Assembly (NCBI RefSeq): GCF_036321535.1
Contig: NC_087436.1
Location: 97,900,001 to 97,964,000 of the forward strand
Direction of reading: 5' to 3'
DNA: 64,000 nucleotides
Origin: Camelus dromedarius
Taxonomy: Eukaryota
Shown piece after piece: positions 25,860 to 38,140 of this stretch. The first letter of the stretch is position 1. Each line of letters starts with the position of its first letter. The position numbers and the translations under genes are program-made. The notes below the pieces were generated by a model. The model did not search any database. It saw only the letters and a list, made by a program, of their open reading frames with translations, and was not told where the DNA came from.

Positions 25860-26380
25860 ATAGTAATCAAATGGTCTGTCTTAAAATATGTTTCAAAACT
25901 TAAATTATACTACATTTAATTGCTAAACTATGTAGTGATAGTCAAAGAATAAGCTATGCCTTATATGAAGATTAACTTAGAATTTGCTAAGATTCAAAAA
26001 GTGAACATTGAATCACAATGCTCACTATATTAATTCCTGATTGTCTAAAATAAATTCCTGATTTAGTAATTTGGATAAATTGTAACTCTATGTATATAAT
26101 TATTAAAATATTTTGACCTCACAACCTATTTAAAACATTTTTTTCTTCTCTATCGCATACTCAGTTGGATTGCAGCAAATTAACTTGTACTTCTGCAGCT
26201 AAAACAGCCAGCCTCCTCCTACCAACCCTGTTCATCTGAGAACTTAATCTAGGTTAAGGCACAGAAGAATAATCAAGCACTATCTCTTCTGTTCTAGTCT
26301 GCTCACCTCTGCTGATGTCACTAAACCATTTCCATATGTTTTTGTTAATTTAAAAATAACTCAGAGATCTGAAGATACTT
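25860..26380 (-). other. Last minus-strand viral array segment
   Basis: LDYSS 26263-26277 (exact L motif A region); DISRGEQT 26296-26319 (N EISRGE and RGEQT); SIFRS ~26365-26379 (L SIFRA). Confidence 0.72.
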
Positions 26381-26389
26381 TATAAAAAA

Positions 26390-27200
26390 GAAAAAGTGAG
26401 ATACTTAAATGATTTACCAATGGAAAAACACAAAAATTGCAGATATTTTTACTGCTCTAAAACCTCTTGACATGATAGAGCTTCAAATCTACAATCTGTG
26501 TAGACCTTTTCTTCCTGCTTCATCCTGACATTCAACTGCTTGGATGAATGTGGAAAGCTGTCATTTTCAGAATAATCCTTCATTCCAAAAAGCTTGTTTT
26601 AGATTCTGCATTCTAATACAGTATTCTCAGTGTAAAACAGCAACATGTTTTATGTACAAATGATCTCACAGATTTAAATTTCAGTAAACCATACCTATTA
26701 TTTTGAATAACCTTAGTAAACATTTATTCAAATACCCAGAAAATGTCATTAAAGATGCAATCTTTGTTATTGGTCTATCAGTTAGCTCTCTCTCAGTGGA
26801 AAATGAGAACATAATGCATTCTAGCCTATACAATAATGGGAAATTATTGACTCATATATCATGGTGGGCCTGGATTGCAGAGATATGTTAGGTGTACTTC
26901 TTGGGCAGCACAGCTCAGTTGGCTCATGGATGTGAGACTACCTATACATCTGAGTGGATCTCCATTTCTAAAGAAAACTCATGGACAAAAAAATCAAAGT
27001 ATTATAACATGTTTCTGTTTTTAAGAGACTCCATTCTTTAGAAGAACTAGATTACCCTGAACTTAGGACACAGAAGTTATCAAAAAAAAAAAAAAAATCT
27101 ACCAGATTACCAAATTTAGAGATAGTTTTTTCATAATGGAAAAACATGGTAGTCTTTTCCCCACATGATCAAAACTATAGAATCCTCTCACATTTACAGA
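26390..27200 (+). other. First plus-strand viral array segment
   Basis: CRYFYCS ~26438-26458 (G CNWFYCC); MIELQIYNLC ~26472-26501 (G LIDLEIRRLC); HPDI 26521-26532 (G); ISWWAWIA ~26856-26879 (G LAWAAWLG); LEELDY ~27038-27055 (L LEELEF). Confidence 0.6.
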
Positions 27201-27225
27201 CATCAGTACTGTGAAAAGGGGTAAA

Positions 27226-27227
<2 letters not shown>

Positions 27228-27304
<77 letters not shown>

Positions 27305-27343
27305 TAGAGAGAGAGAGAGGCGAGAGAGAGGAGAGAGAGAGAA
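27228..27343. repeat. Compound (TA)n(CA)n(GA)n microsatellite
   Basis: Direct reading. Confidence 0.97.
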
Positions 27344-27364
27344 GACTCTCTCAGCCATGAAGTT

Positions 27365-27760
27365 TTCTCTAAGCTCTGACAACTTCTGACTTTCTTTACT
27401 TTTGACGACCTTGAGTTTTAAGTTTCAGTTAGGTTTTTTTTTGTTGTATATTTGTCAATAAGGCTTTAGCTGGTGTTTTCCTCAAGATAAGATGTGGTTT
27501 TGAGTTCTGAGAAGAAAGACCATAAAGGTCTTAAGTACCATTTTCATCACACTGTATCAAGGGTGCATACCATCAACATAACATTACTGCTGTTGACCTT
27601 GGCTACATGGCTGAATTAGTGCTACATCTCTCCACCTGAAAGTTGCTCCTGCCTTATCTTCATACTGTATTCTAGGGAAGTAAGTGACAATGGGCATCCC
27701 ATACTTAAGGAGTGAAGGGTTATACTCCACCTCCTCAAGGTCAGGAAATCTACAGATGAG
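27365..27760 (-). mobile_element. L1MC/MD-type 3' UTR fragment
   Basis: catcacactgtatcaagggtgcataccatcaacat...gttgaccttggctacatggctga. Confidence 0.65.
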
Positions 27761-27779
27761 CATTTCTGATTCATTTGTC

Positions 27780-28530
27780 TCCAGTCAGTAACATGTAGAT
27801 TATTACACCAAATTCATTAGCCACATATAATTCTCAATAGTCATTAACTTATTTTTTTTTTCAGTCTCAATGTCCCCTCCACTATTTAATGGCATTACTT
27901 TGGTAGGAAATCTACACACTTAATTTGATAGCAAATCTTAATGGACTTTTGTGCTTACAAGTTTTCAATGTTATTTCAAATTATTTGGTGTCTAGAAGCA
28001 GAAGCTTCACCAAACATGCAAGCCTCCATTATTAAATGCCATTACTCTTTTCTTTTATTTCTCTTTTCAAACCATTTAGTCCTTTCATGAGCTCATCTCT
28101 TTCTTCTAGTACCTTGTTCAATATTGCCAGGAATGACCAAACACACATATCCATGATTTTCTTTTGCAGTCTCTTCTTCTGGGCATTCTACCTTTTAAGT
28201 AATTATAGACAACCAGTTCCATTTATTTTGGGAGTTTGATTTTTTACTAAAGGTTGCCATAGCATTAATACTTCTCCAAACTTCAGACTTCCTATATTAG
28301 TTGCTTTGTCCAGCTACAACTTTCGTATTAAGCCAATGTTATATAATTTAATTGCTTCATTACTGCAACCCCCCCCCCAAGGAATCTCTAGCTGCATTGC
28401 TCACAGTATGCTAACTATCATAGTAAAAGCTCCAAATATCTATGCTTCACACATCAGAAGCTTATCTCTTGCTGATAAACAGCCCAAAGTAGCAGTTCCT
28501 GGACAGAATGTGTAATTTTAAAATATACTA
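27780..28530 (+). other. Viral array segment
   Basis: LIASLLQ 28348-28368 (L LIASVVQ); FSPFM ~28075-28089 (G FPPFM); FNVIS ~27964-27978 (M FNVFS). Confidence 0.5.
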
Positions 28531-28968
28531 ATTAGATATTATTATTAGATCTTGATAACTGAGAGGATGTGGGACTGAGGGACTATGGCATTTCGGGAAT
28601 GACTCCCAGATATCTGGTTTGAGCACCTGGGTGTTTTACAATGAAAGCAGGGTTTGTGAGAGGGGACTAGAGTTGGATCAGGTGTTAAAAAGAGTGCACA
28701 TGAATTAGGTGTATACATGCTAAATATAAAGTGTCACTAAGATGTTTAGGAAGAGGTATAAAAAGGCAGTATATATATATATGACCCAAAAGAAGTATCT
28801 GGGTTGAAGGTGTGTAATATGAAGCAGCCAAGTTCACTTGAGCTAGCACAGTGCTTTTAGGTGAAGAAGTGAGATGTTACAGTTCACTTAGGGTTGTTCT
28901 TTTGCTAGGGGCATAAAATGGAAAAGATAGAGGGTCAAAGAAATAGACACATAATTGCCGACCCATTT

Positions 28969-29431
28969 TGTGGTAAGCAACATTCTAAGGTGGCCCCCAG
29001 GAGTCCCACCTCTGGTGCGGCTGTGACTAGGTTGCAAAGATTTGAGGGTTTTTTCAGATATAATTAAGATCTTAATTGGCTGGACACTGAGTTAAAGGTA
29101 GATTAACCTACTTGCTCAGTCTGTTTATCTCTATAAAAGAGGACTTAAGCAGGCCTTCCCTGCATTTAAAGATGCTTTCCTGTTGGCCTTAAAGACGCAA
29201 GCTACTATGACTTCTGTAGGTGCAAAGAAATGAATTCTGTCTGCCAATAATTTCATAAGTGGGGAAGAGGACCCTGGGCTTCAGATGACGTCACGTTGCA
29301 CCTTATGACAGCCTGAGCAGAGGAGCTACATGAACTGTGCCTGGGCTCCTGGACACGGGATAATAAATGAATTTCATTTGAAGTCTTTAAGTTTGTGGTA
29401 ACTTATTAGAAAGCAATTGAAAATGAAAACA
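28969..29431 (+). mobile_element. MLT1 LTR (MLT1E-like), flanked by L2 pieces
   Basis: tgtggtaagcaacattctaaggtggccccc ... taagtttgtggtaacttatt...aaatgaaaaca. Confidence 0.85.
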
Positions 29432-29679
29432 GCCTTTACAGATGTTATTAAATGACTCAACTTTGAGTCGGAGTTGAATAGGAGGAAAGTAAAGGCAGGG
29501 GCAGGCTGACAAGATGTAGTTGGAGGGGGTAATGTACTGTTGGTCCTGATGAGGTTGAGGTGCACTTAGGTCCTCAAACTGAGGGCACTGTGGCCAGAAA
29601 TACTGGTATCTTTATGCAGTGAATTTCTGCAGTTAACATGGACTTGAATGAAAGTGCATGAGCTATTGGACTAGATGGA

Positions 29680-30206
29680 AAGATTCCGGGCACGGATTAG
29701 CTGGGTTCTGTTTGGGATCTCGTAAAGCTGAATCAAGTTGTTGCTTGGCCGATGTTCCTTTCTGGAGCCCAGGGCCAGGGGAGGGGCAGGGTCCCCTTTC
29801 AAGCTCGTGTGGTTCTTGGCAGAATTTAGTTTCCTGCAGATGTAGGACTGAGGTTCCTGTTTCCATGCTATCTCTCAGGTGGAGACCACCTTTATCTCTC
29901 AAAGGCTGCCCTCAGTTCTTTGCTATGTGGCTCCCACCCCCATGGGTAGTTCCCAGAATGACTATTTGCTTTTTTCTGTGCCAGCAGGATCCCTTCTCTC
30001 TGACTACTCCTTCACCTCCAGTCAGCTACAGGATCTTATCTAAGGGAATAACTATCCCATCACCATTTGCCTTATAACAACCTAGTCAGTGGAGCCACAA
30101 TCCCAGCATTGCCGCAGGCTCCATGGGCTCCCAGGTGTCCCGGTTATACAAGAGTTGAACACCAGGGGGCAGGACTGTTCTGGGCCATTTTAGAATTTTG
30201 CCTACA
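29680..30206 (-). mobile_element. MLT1 LTR
   Basis: ttggcagaatttagtttcctgcagatgtaggactgagg ... ccattttagaattttgcctaca. Confidence 0.85.
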
Positions 30207-30879
30207 GCAATGATCAGGGATTAGGAAAACAGGAATACTTATTTATTTGTTATGGATTATAAATTGATTTTAAACATCTGTAATTAAATTTGTATCAAAA
30301 CTCTTCAACTTTTCATATCATTTGATCCACAATTTTACACTTAAGATTTATTCTGAAGAAATAGTCTTCTGTGGAACTCATTCTTTCCTAATATAAATAA
30401 GATTAAAAAAACTGTAGAAGGATATTTGATTGATTATATAGTTTATTTTTAGCTCCACACAGTAATGAAAATCATATTTTCAATATTTTCAATATTTGAT
30501 TAATACTAACAGAAAAAATGAGAGTAGTCAATGTGGATATTAATTAACACAAGGAAAATGCTGGTAAATAATTGTCCTATTTGGTGGTATTAATGGCCAT
30601 TTGTTTAAATTCTTTTGGTTGTTTTCTAAATTTTAACATTTGAAAATACTATAACATTACTTGTTAGGATTTTTTAATAAGACACTTTGGCTGTAGATAT
30701 TGCATAAAATACACATATATCTCTAAGCAATTGCATGAAAAATTAATTTATTGTATACTACGACTAGTCTATGAATACATATACATATATATTCATGGGG
30801 TACTTGTAGTATATATATGTATACTATAGCCACACAAATATATATACAGAGCCACACAAAAATTTCCAGTTGTGGAGTG

Positions 30880-31830
30880 AATTAAGGGCAAAATTCTTGC
30901 TAAATCATTATCAGTGCCTTACTAACAATTAGGAAAAGCTCTCAATATCTTCCCCTTCATGAATTTCTTGATGTTCTCCAGGATGTAAAGATCCATTTCA
31001 GCAAATAGGAAATTTTTTCATAAAATACCGTTGCCATATTCATTATCTTAGTAACAGGTTCCTACATTAGAGGAGCATCCTATGGACTTAACACTCTGTA
31101 AAAATTCTTCTGAAAGTAAAAAAAATTATTTTGTCCCTGGAATAAGAAGTTCACTCTAAAACAATGCCTTAATTAACAACATTTAAGTATGAAAGAGCAG
31201 CAACTCTGCAGGTTTTGGCTTTGGTGGATTTCTGAAATAATATTAGTACAGAGTATTAAACACAGACTTAAAATTCAGTTATTGACCAGAGTGAGTTACT
31301 AGGTATATTTTGGGTTTGCAATGACCAAACGGATTATAATACTCATTAAACTGCTGAACAAAAAATGGGACCATGCCTTGATGATAATGCTTTTTATCAT
31401 GCCCAACATGTGCATGTCTAATTTGTCTTAATTATGTACATATACAATTTGGTCAATGTTTTGCATTTCAAACATCCTTTCTAATTTCAAATGTATCTGA
31501 TAGTTCATATAAGCAATTACGTATTTAAATGAGACAATCATTGTCTAATTGGCATATTTCAATTTCCACTGAGATGTGCCAATTAAGCAGAATCCACTGT
31601 AGACCGTAATATCTCCAACAGAGAATTTATGGACTATCAACTAAACAGAGTGGATTTTGAAGTAGCATATTCTAAAGTTCATTTCCCAAAGTGACTTTCA
31701 ACAAGTGGGCTTGTGCTCAAACGTATAAGTTGCATTTATGCTAAAATATATATCATCATAGGCGATGCTTTGTTTACTTCAAGGTTCAATATCCTTCTGT
31801 TTCATATAAGCAAATGCACTGGAGTTAGGA
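30880..31830 (+). other. Viral array segment
   Basis: ISTEMC 31562-31579 (G ITTEIC); REFMD 31620-31634 (N KEFMD); SCIYA ~31728-31742 (L GCLYA). Confidence 0.55.
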
Positions 31831-32271
31831 TGTTGGAATGACATTTGATCCACTGCATTTGTACTTAATGTCTCAAGAACACTGTGCTAACTTCTGAAGG
31901 TGACTGAAAAGCGATGCAAAATATCATCTTTACCTTCTATGAAATGTCCAAACCAGTGATTTATTGATGGCTCAGTCTGTCTATCTATTTATCTATCTAT
32001 GCTTTGTTCTATTTATGGCAGTGTATGATAAAGTGAGGATGACTTATATAGGATATTAGTGACACTGAATTTCAGATTAGGTTGTCCTGTGTTTTTCCCT
32101 CTTAAAATGTATTTATTGAGATGTCCATTTAAGCCAATACAAAAAAATCAAATTTACAAGTATAAAGTCAAGGACTTTAGAGTTTAATATAAAAGTAAAG
32201 GCTGATTATTATAGCATGTGATAGGATTTCCTTCCTTTTAATATTCTACTTATATGTGTAAACCACATTTT

Positions 32272-32540
32272 GTGCTAAGTAGATTAAGCCAATTGCAAAA
32301 AAGACAAATACTGTATGATTCCACTTATATGAAATACTAAAGTAGTCGAATTCATAGAAACAGAGAGTGAATGGTGGTTTCCAGGATCTGGGGAATGGGG
32401 AGGGAAAAGGAGGTTGTGGAATAGACATAGAGTTTCAGTTTTGCATGATGAAAAAGTTCTGCAAATGTTTCACAACAATGTGAATGCACTAATAATACTG
32501 AACAGTATGTTTAACAATGATTAAGAAGCTAAATTTTGTT
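32272..32540 (+). mobile_element. L1MB-like 3' end
   Basis: aaagacaaatactgtatgattccacttatatga...gtttcagttttgcatgatgaaaaagttct. Confidence 0.85.
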
Positions 32541-32544
32541 TTTG

Positions 32545-32682
32545 TTTTTGTTTTTAAACATTTTTATTGAGTTATAGTCATTTTACAACATTGTGTCAAA
32601 TTCCAGTGTAGAGCACAATTTTTCAGTTATACATGAACATACATATATTCATTGTCAAATTTTTTTTTTTTGCTGTGAGCTA
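32545..32682 (-). mobile_element. Short young (camelid-type) L1 3' end
   Basis: ttttattgagttatagtcattttacaacattgtgtcaaattccagtgtagagcac: reverse-complement relative of the L1 end at ~49680-49755. Confidence 0.75.
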
Positions 32683-33149
32683 TTATTTTTTTTACTACAA
32701 TAAATCAATGCCAAAAAGAAAAGTTAAATTTTAGTAAATTGTTCTAGGAGTCAGGGGATTATAATCTGTATTTCATGTTTGCTTGTATAGATTCATAAAA
32801 TGTACCCATTGTCAGATACTGGAACTTCTTTTTTTGTTTGTTTTTAGATTTTGGAACATCTTAGTCTCTGTTTCTCTTTACCACATATGTTTCACCTTTT
32901 TAATCTTACTGTATAATATTACTTTAATTTTTATAGAAGTAATTTGGCCAACAGCTTCTCATTTGAAATAGATGATTAGTATCAAAAAATCATTTTGACA
33001 AATTTGTCCAAGTTTTACTTAACTATTACTTATCTGATTGGGTCATACACCAATTTTAGATTTTTTTTTTTTTTTTTTTGGTGGTTCCTCTTGTTTTATT
33101 TTTAACACACTAAAATTTTTTTTCCAGAATTTCTTTCAAAATAGTGCTT

Positions 33150-34980
33150 TATATAAACGATGCTCTCATGGATGGAAATTGTTTGAATTTCAATTTGGAA
33201 TTTTGATTTTTAAACTTACATTTTGAATTATAACAGTGTGATTTTGAGAAGCTCAACCATTGCTTAATAGTGACAATTTATGTCTAGCATTATGATCTCA
33301 TTCGAATGGACTGCTGCTTTTACTGTTAAAAAAAATACTTATTTCTGAGTTTCAGCCCCGGAAAATCTCAACCTATATTCTTGGAACATAATTCAAGTAA
33401 TCTGAATACGATAAAAAACTTGATATCATGCCTTCAAGAAGTCTAGTATCTTCATATGTAGGTATAAAAGTACCCCCATACTGTAATCACCATTGACATA
33501 TTTATAGGTGTAGCATGACATAAAATAAAATGAAATATTCAATAAAAATGCATTATTCTCGTACAATTTACATCATTTCAACTTCAGAATAATAAAGTAC
33601 AGTATTCCTTATTTAAATATATATCTTATCTGTGGTTTCCACCCCAACCTCTCTGTCTAGACCCTCCTTCTGCTAACTTGTACATAGGAAGCTATACAAC
33701 CAGACACAAGAAGACTCCAAGAACATTTCCAGATACAGACCATGTCCTTAGAAAACTCTTGGCACAAATAAACACAGGATGAGAAGACAATAAAAGTTAT
33801 ATCTTAGAAATCCCAGCTTTAAAATATAACTACAAACCAACTTCTTTGATCATTTAACTGAGAACTTATAAAATACCAATATAAGATTTGGTAAAAGTCG
33901 CCATTAGCTCAATTCTGAATTTTAAGAGTAAAAGTGTTAACATTAACCCCTTAGCATGTCTTTTAAAACCTGAATTTACTTACTCCACCTGCCTTTTCAC
34001 AAATTCTCTAAAATTATTATTTTAACTATATCAATGTAGTCTAAAGTCTTTCTGACCTTTTTGGCTCTTATGCTTGGGATTCCATACATAATCGTTACAA
34101 CATAAATCCAAATCTAAGCTCAAATTTTCCCTTGTTTTTTTCGTCCCCATTTTTGCTTTTCCAGGAAGCAAATCTTGCTATTATATCTGTAAGTGGAAGG
34201 GTAATCAATCTCTCTCTCTCTCTCTCAATCTCTCTTTTTCTGGGCCAGTTCCTGGCCCAGTTCTGCCTGAGGGTGTTCCCTAATGTCCTTTGCTATTTAG
34301 AAATGATCATTATTTATTTTAAACTAGGATTTCCCTAATATCTTTTGGAATTTATGCAGTTAGAAATATGTTTAATGCATATGCACTAAAAATACAGTAC
34401 AGTTTTTCCTTAACTAGATAAATTTTAAATAAAATTAATAATTGTGGCTCTAGGTGGTAAATCTAGTAATGGTATATAAATTTAAAGTTGTATGAGAAAC
34501 ATCCTATTTAAATCCAACAGTCTGTGATTATCTATACACAACTCATTTATATGTAACTTGATAAATCTAAATTTGAGACCTTTACTGGATGTGCAGTAGG
34601 GGTCAGATGATTTACCTGGCCCCAAGCTCTGATTGGCCCAGAGTTAAACTAATGAATAATGCTGTAGCTCATTTCTTGTCCCTCTAATCAGGGGTGGCAT
34701 CATCACCACCTTCAGGATACAACTTACATCTTGTGTGGGACAATTCTTCTAACGATAAGAATGGTTAATCCTTAGTCTCAAAAAAGAGTCATTTGTGTTT
34801 GAAGTGTCATAGATTTACTTTAATTCTGTTTGGGATTTACCTGCGTATTGATCCAAATTAAATGACATAAACAATTAAGTTAAATAGATTTGAGGCAGAG
34901 TCATGAGGCAAACCACACGTATTTTGAAAAATACGCTTTCTTCAACACTGTACAGCTAGAAGCAGTGATACTTCTGTGGA
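33150..34980 (+). other. Viral array segment
   Basis: KYLFLSFSPGK 33333-33365 (M KYMFL + N SPGK); EYDKKL 33404-33421 (L EYGKKL); LYIGSYT 33678-33698 (L LYLGSNT); CAVG 34590-34601; GGIITT 34693-34710; GYNLH 34715-34729. Confidence 0.78.
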
Positions 34981-34984
34981 CATG

Positions 34985-36395
34985 TGAATAAAACAATCCT
35001 GAGGAAAAACAACAAAGCTGGAGGCATAATGCTTCCAGACTTTGATACTATAAAGCTACAGTAATCAAAACAGCATGGTAAAGGCACAAAAACAGAAACA
35101 GCTCAAAGAAACAGAATAGAGAGGTCAGAAATAAAACCACACTCCTAGTCAAGTAAGTACTACAAAGGAGGAAAGAATACACAATGGAAAAAAAGATAGT
35201 TTCTTTAGCAAGTGTTGTTGGGAAAGCAGGACAGCTACATGTAAATCAATGAAGTTAGAACATTCCCTCATACCATATACAAAAATAAACTCAAAATGGT
35301 TTAAAGACCTAAAAATAGGATATGACATCATAAAACTTCTAGAAGAGAACATAGGCAAAGCATTCTTGGACATAAATCATAGCATTATTTTCTTAGATCT
35401 GCCTCCCAAAGCAAAAGAAATAAAAACAAAAATAAACAAGTGGGGCCAATCAACTTAAAAGCTTTTGCACAGCAAAGGAAACCATCAACAAAGCAGAAAG
35501 TTAACCCATGGAATAGGAGAAAATATTTACAAACAATAGACTGACAAGGGGTTAACATCCAAAATACAGAAACCGCTTATACAATTCAATAACAACAACA
35601 ATAAAAAAACCCAACAACAGCCCAATCAAAAAATGGGCAGAACACCTAAAAAAATATTATCCAAAGAAGACATACAGAAGGCCAACAGGCACATGAAAAT
35701 TTGCTCAATATTGCTAATTATTAGAGAAATGCAAATCAAAACCACAATGAAGCATCACCTTACACTTGTCAGAATGGCTATCATCAGATAGTCTACAAAT
35801 AACAAATGCTTGAGAAGGTGTTAAGAAAAAGGAACCCTCCCTACACTGTTGGTGGGAATGTAAATTGGTGCAGCCACTGTGGAGAACATTGATGGAGGTT
35901 GCTTAAAGAAACTAAAAGTAGACTAACCATATAATCCAGCAATCCCAGTCCTGGGCATATATCTGAAAAAATGAAAACTCTGCTTTGAAAAGATACATGC
36001 ACTCCAATGTTCATAGCAGCACTATTTGCAGTAGCCAAGATACAGAAACAACCCAAGTACCCATCAACAATTGGTTTAAGAAGATGTTGTATATACACAC
36101 AAAGGTATATTACTCAGCCATAAAAAGAATGAAATGTTGCCAGTTGCAGTAACATAGATGGACTAAGAGATTATCATACTGAGTGAAGTAAATCAGACAG
36201 AGAAAGATAAAGATAAATATTATATGATATAACTTACATGTACAATCTAAACAATAATACAATAAATCTACATACAAAACAGAAATAGACTTACAGACAA
36301 AGAAAACAAATTTTTGGTTACAGGAGAGTAAAGGGACTGGGGGAGGGATTAACATATACACACTACTATATATAAAATAGATAAGCAACAAGGAT
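34985..36395 (+). mobile_element. 5'-truncated L1 (ORF2 C-terminal remnant + 3' UTR)
   Basis: KLEHSLIPYTKINSKWFKDL...LEENIG; canonical L1 3' text. Confidence 0.95.
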
Positions 36396-36399
36396 TGGC

Positions 36400-36860
36400 T
36401 TTATCAAGAATCACTGTGACACTAAAGCTCCGATTTAAAATGTACCCTTCTATCCTAAGAATAAAGGACATAGCTGTCATTCTGCTTGTAATTCCATATT
36501 CTACCTAGCTGTACCCAACATTGAGACTCCCAAGTTCAGTCCCCATAGATGGGATAGTTTTGAATATTTGATCAAATTGTCTCTAAGAACTACCAGCTAG
36601 TATCCCTATATGTATTCCCTCCCAGAACCTGTCCTGGAAGAGCTTCTAAGAATTTTCCTAAAGGTGGAATAACTCTTGAAATTTCTAGTCCATACTTATT
36701 GGTAAGTCAACTTTCAGTTTCCCCTTTTCAGTACTGTTGGCCTTCTTTGAATCTAGAGAGTTGTATTAATGCTAGCAAATTAGAAGACAGAATACAAAAT
36801 GACAATATAGTAGCTTATGTCTGTGAACGCCAACCTCCTCCTCACCCTTCTGGTAACAGA
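36400..36860 (+). other. Viral array segment, four genes within 84 bp
   Basis: LEISS 36675-36689 (exact N), ILIGKS 36692-36709 (exact L), PFQYC 36723-36737 (G PFMYC), WPSLNLE 36738-36758 (M WPTLMLE). Confidence 0.82.
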
Positions 36861-37099
36861 TTCGATGCACCCAACTCTATAGGTGGGCATGTGACTTAAG
36901 ATAAGCCAATAGTGCTGCCTGTCTGTGGCTGTGGCAATAAGATCAAATATTAGGTGACACTAACTGGACAAATTAATTTGTTCACCAAGAGTCTACATTT
37001 AGGAAGGATACAAGTAAATGAAGATTGATAATACATATTAGGGAGTTTTCATCAAATAAATGAGGTCTAAGATATTTTCCACAGAAAGAAATGATGTTA

Positions 37100-37605
37100 C
37101 TGAAGTAGACAGAATAATGCTCCCTCAAAGGTGACCATTTCCTAATCTCCAGCAGCGTCAATATGGCAAAAAGGGCTTTGCAGACATTATTGGATTAAGA
37201 ATTTTGAAATGGGCAGATTATCCTGGATCATCAGGGTATGCCTAGCATAACTGTAAGAGTCATCATAAAAAGTGGCAGAAGAATCAAATTCACAGGAGAC
37301 GATGACATGACAGAAGAGAAGGTTCAGTTAGAGAGAGAGATTTGAGGACATTAGTCTGTGGGCTTTGGAGATGGAGAAGGGGCCATGAACCCAGGAATCC
37401 AGGCAACCTCTAGAACCTGGAAAAGCCAACAAAACAGATCCTTCCTAGAGCCTCCAGCAGGAACCAACCCCGAAATATCTTGATATTAACCCCTTGAGAC
37501 TGATACAGATTTCTGCCCTCCAGAATTGTAAGGTAATGAATGCATTTATGTTGTTTTTAGCCACTGAGTTTGTGGTAATGTTAAGTGGCAATAGGAAACT
37601 AATAT
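37100..37605 (+). mobile_element. MLT1 LTR (MLT1C/D-like)
   Basis: agattatcctggat...cctagagcctccag...ctccagaattgtaag...ataggaaactaata. Confidence 0.9.
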
Positions 37606-37639
37606 ATTTATCTAAGATCTAAAAAACTTAATCAGAATT

Positions 37640-38140
37640 AATTTGCCAAAGAGAAGAGGAAAGAAAAGTGCATGCAGAGGGAGAAGATCCATTTGTAAGA
37701 GACAGTGTCTACTGAGGAGGAAGGTCACTGGAAAGATAAGGAAAGCAGTCCAAAAGAAGAAATGGGAGTGGGAAGCAGTGGCCATATACCAAAGGGCAAT
37801 GCAGGCCAAGGTCAGGATTCTGGAAGGCCATGGATGCACTTTAATAGGAGACTATGTGAATAGGGTGTGATTAGACTTGTAACTTGAAATATGTCTCTAA
37901 CTTCACTCTGAAGAATGATTATGTGTGCAGGGGGGGATTCTGGGGAGTGAGTACAAATCTGGAATTATTTAGCGACCTGTATTGATGGCATGGCGGGGTG
38001 GGGATGAGGGAGGCTGAACATTTAGAAACTACTGCAGGAAACCAGGCAAGGGATGACAACAGCTGACCCAAGTGGGAATGGTAGAAGTGCACAGAGGCTG
38101 ACATAGTCAGGCAGTGTCTGGAGGATAAAATTCATGTGTG
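37640..38140 (-). mobile_element. L2 fragment
   Basis: Degenerate antisense L2 text. Confidence 0.5.

Noticed and set aside
27099..27305. YI-repeat ORF
   Set aside because: Translation of a (TA)n microsatellite
31200..31380. Minus-strand viral-like hits (e.g. ILFQKST) in the plus-oriented arm
   Set aside because: Weak hits occur on both strands here, showing the chance background of short matches; not used as evidence
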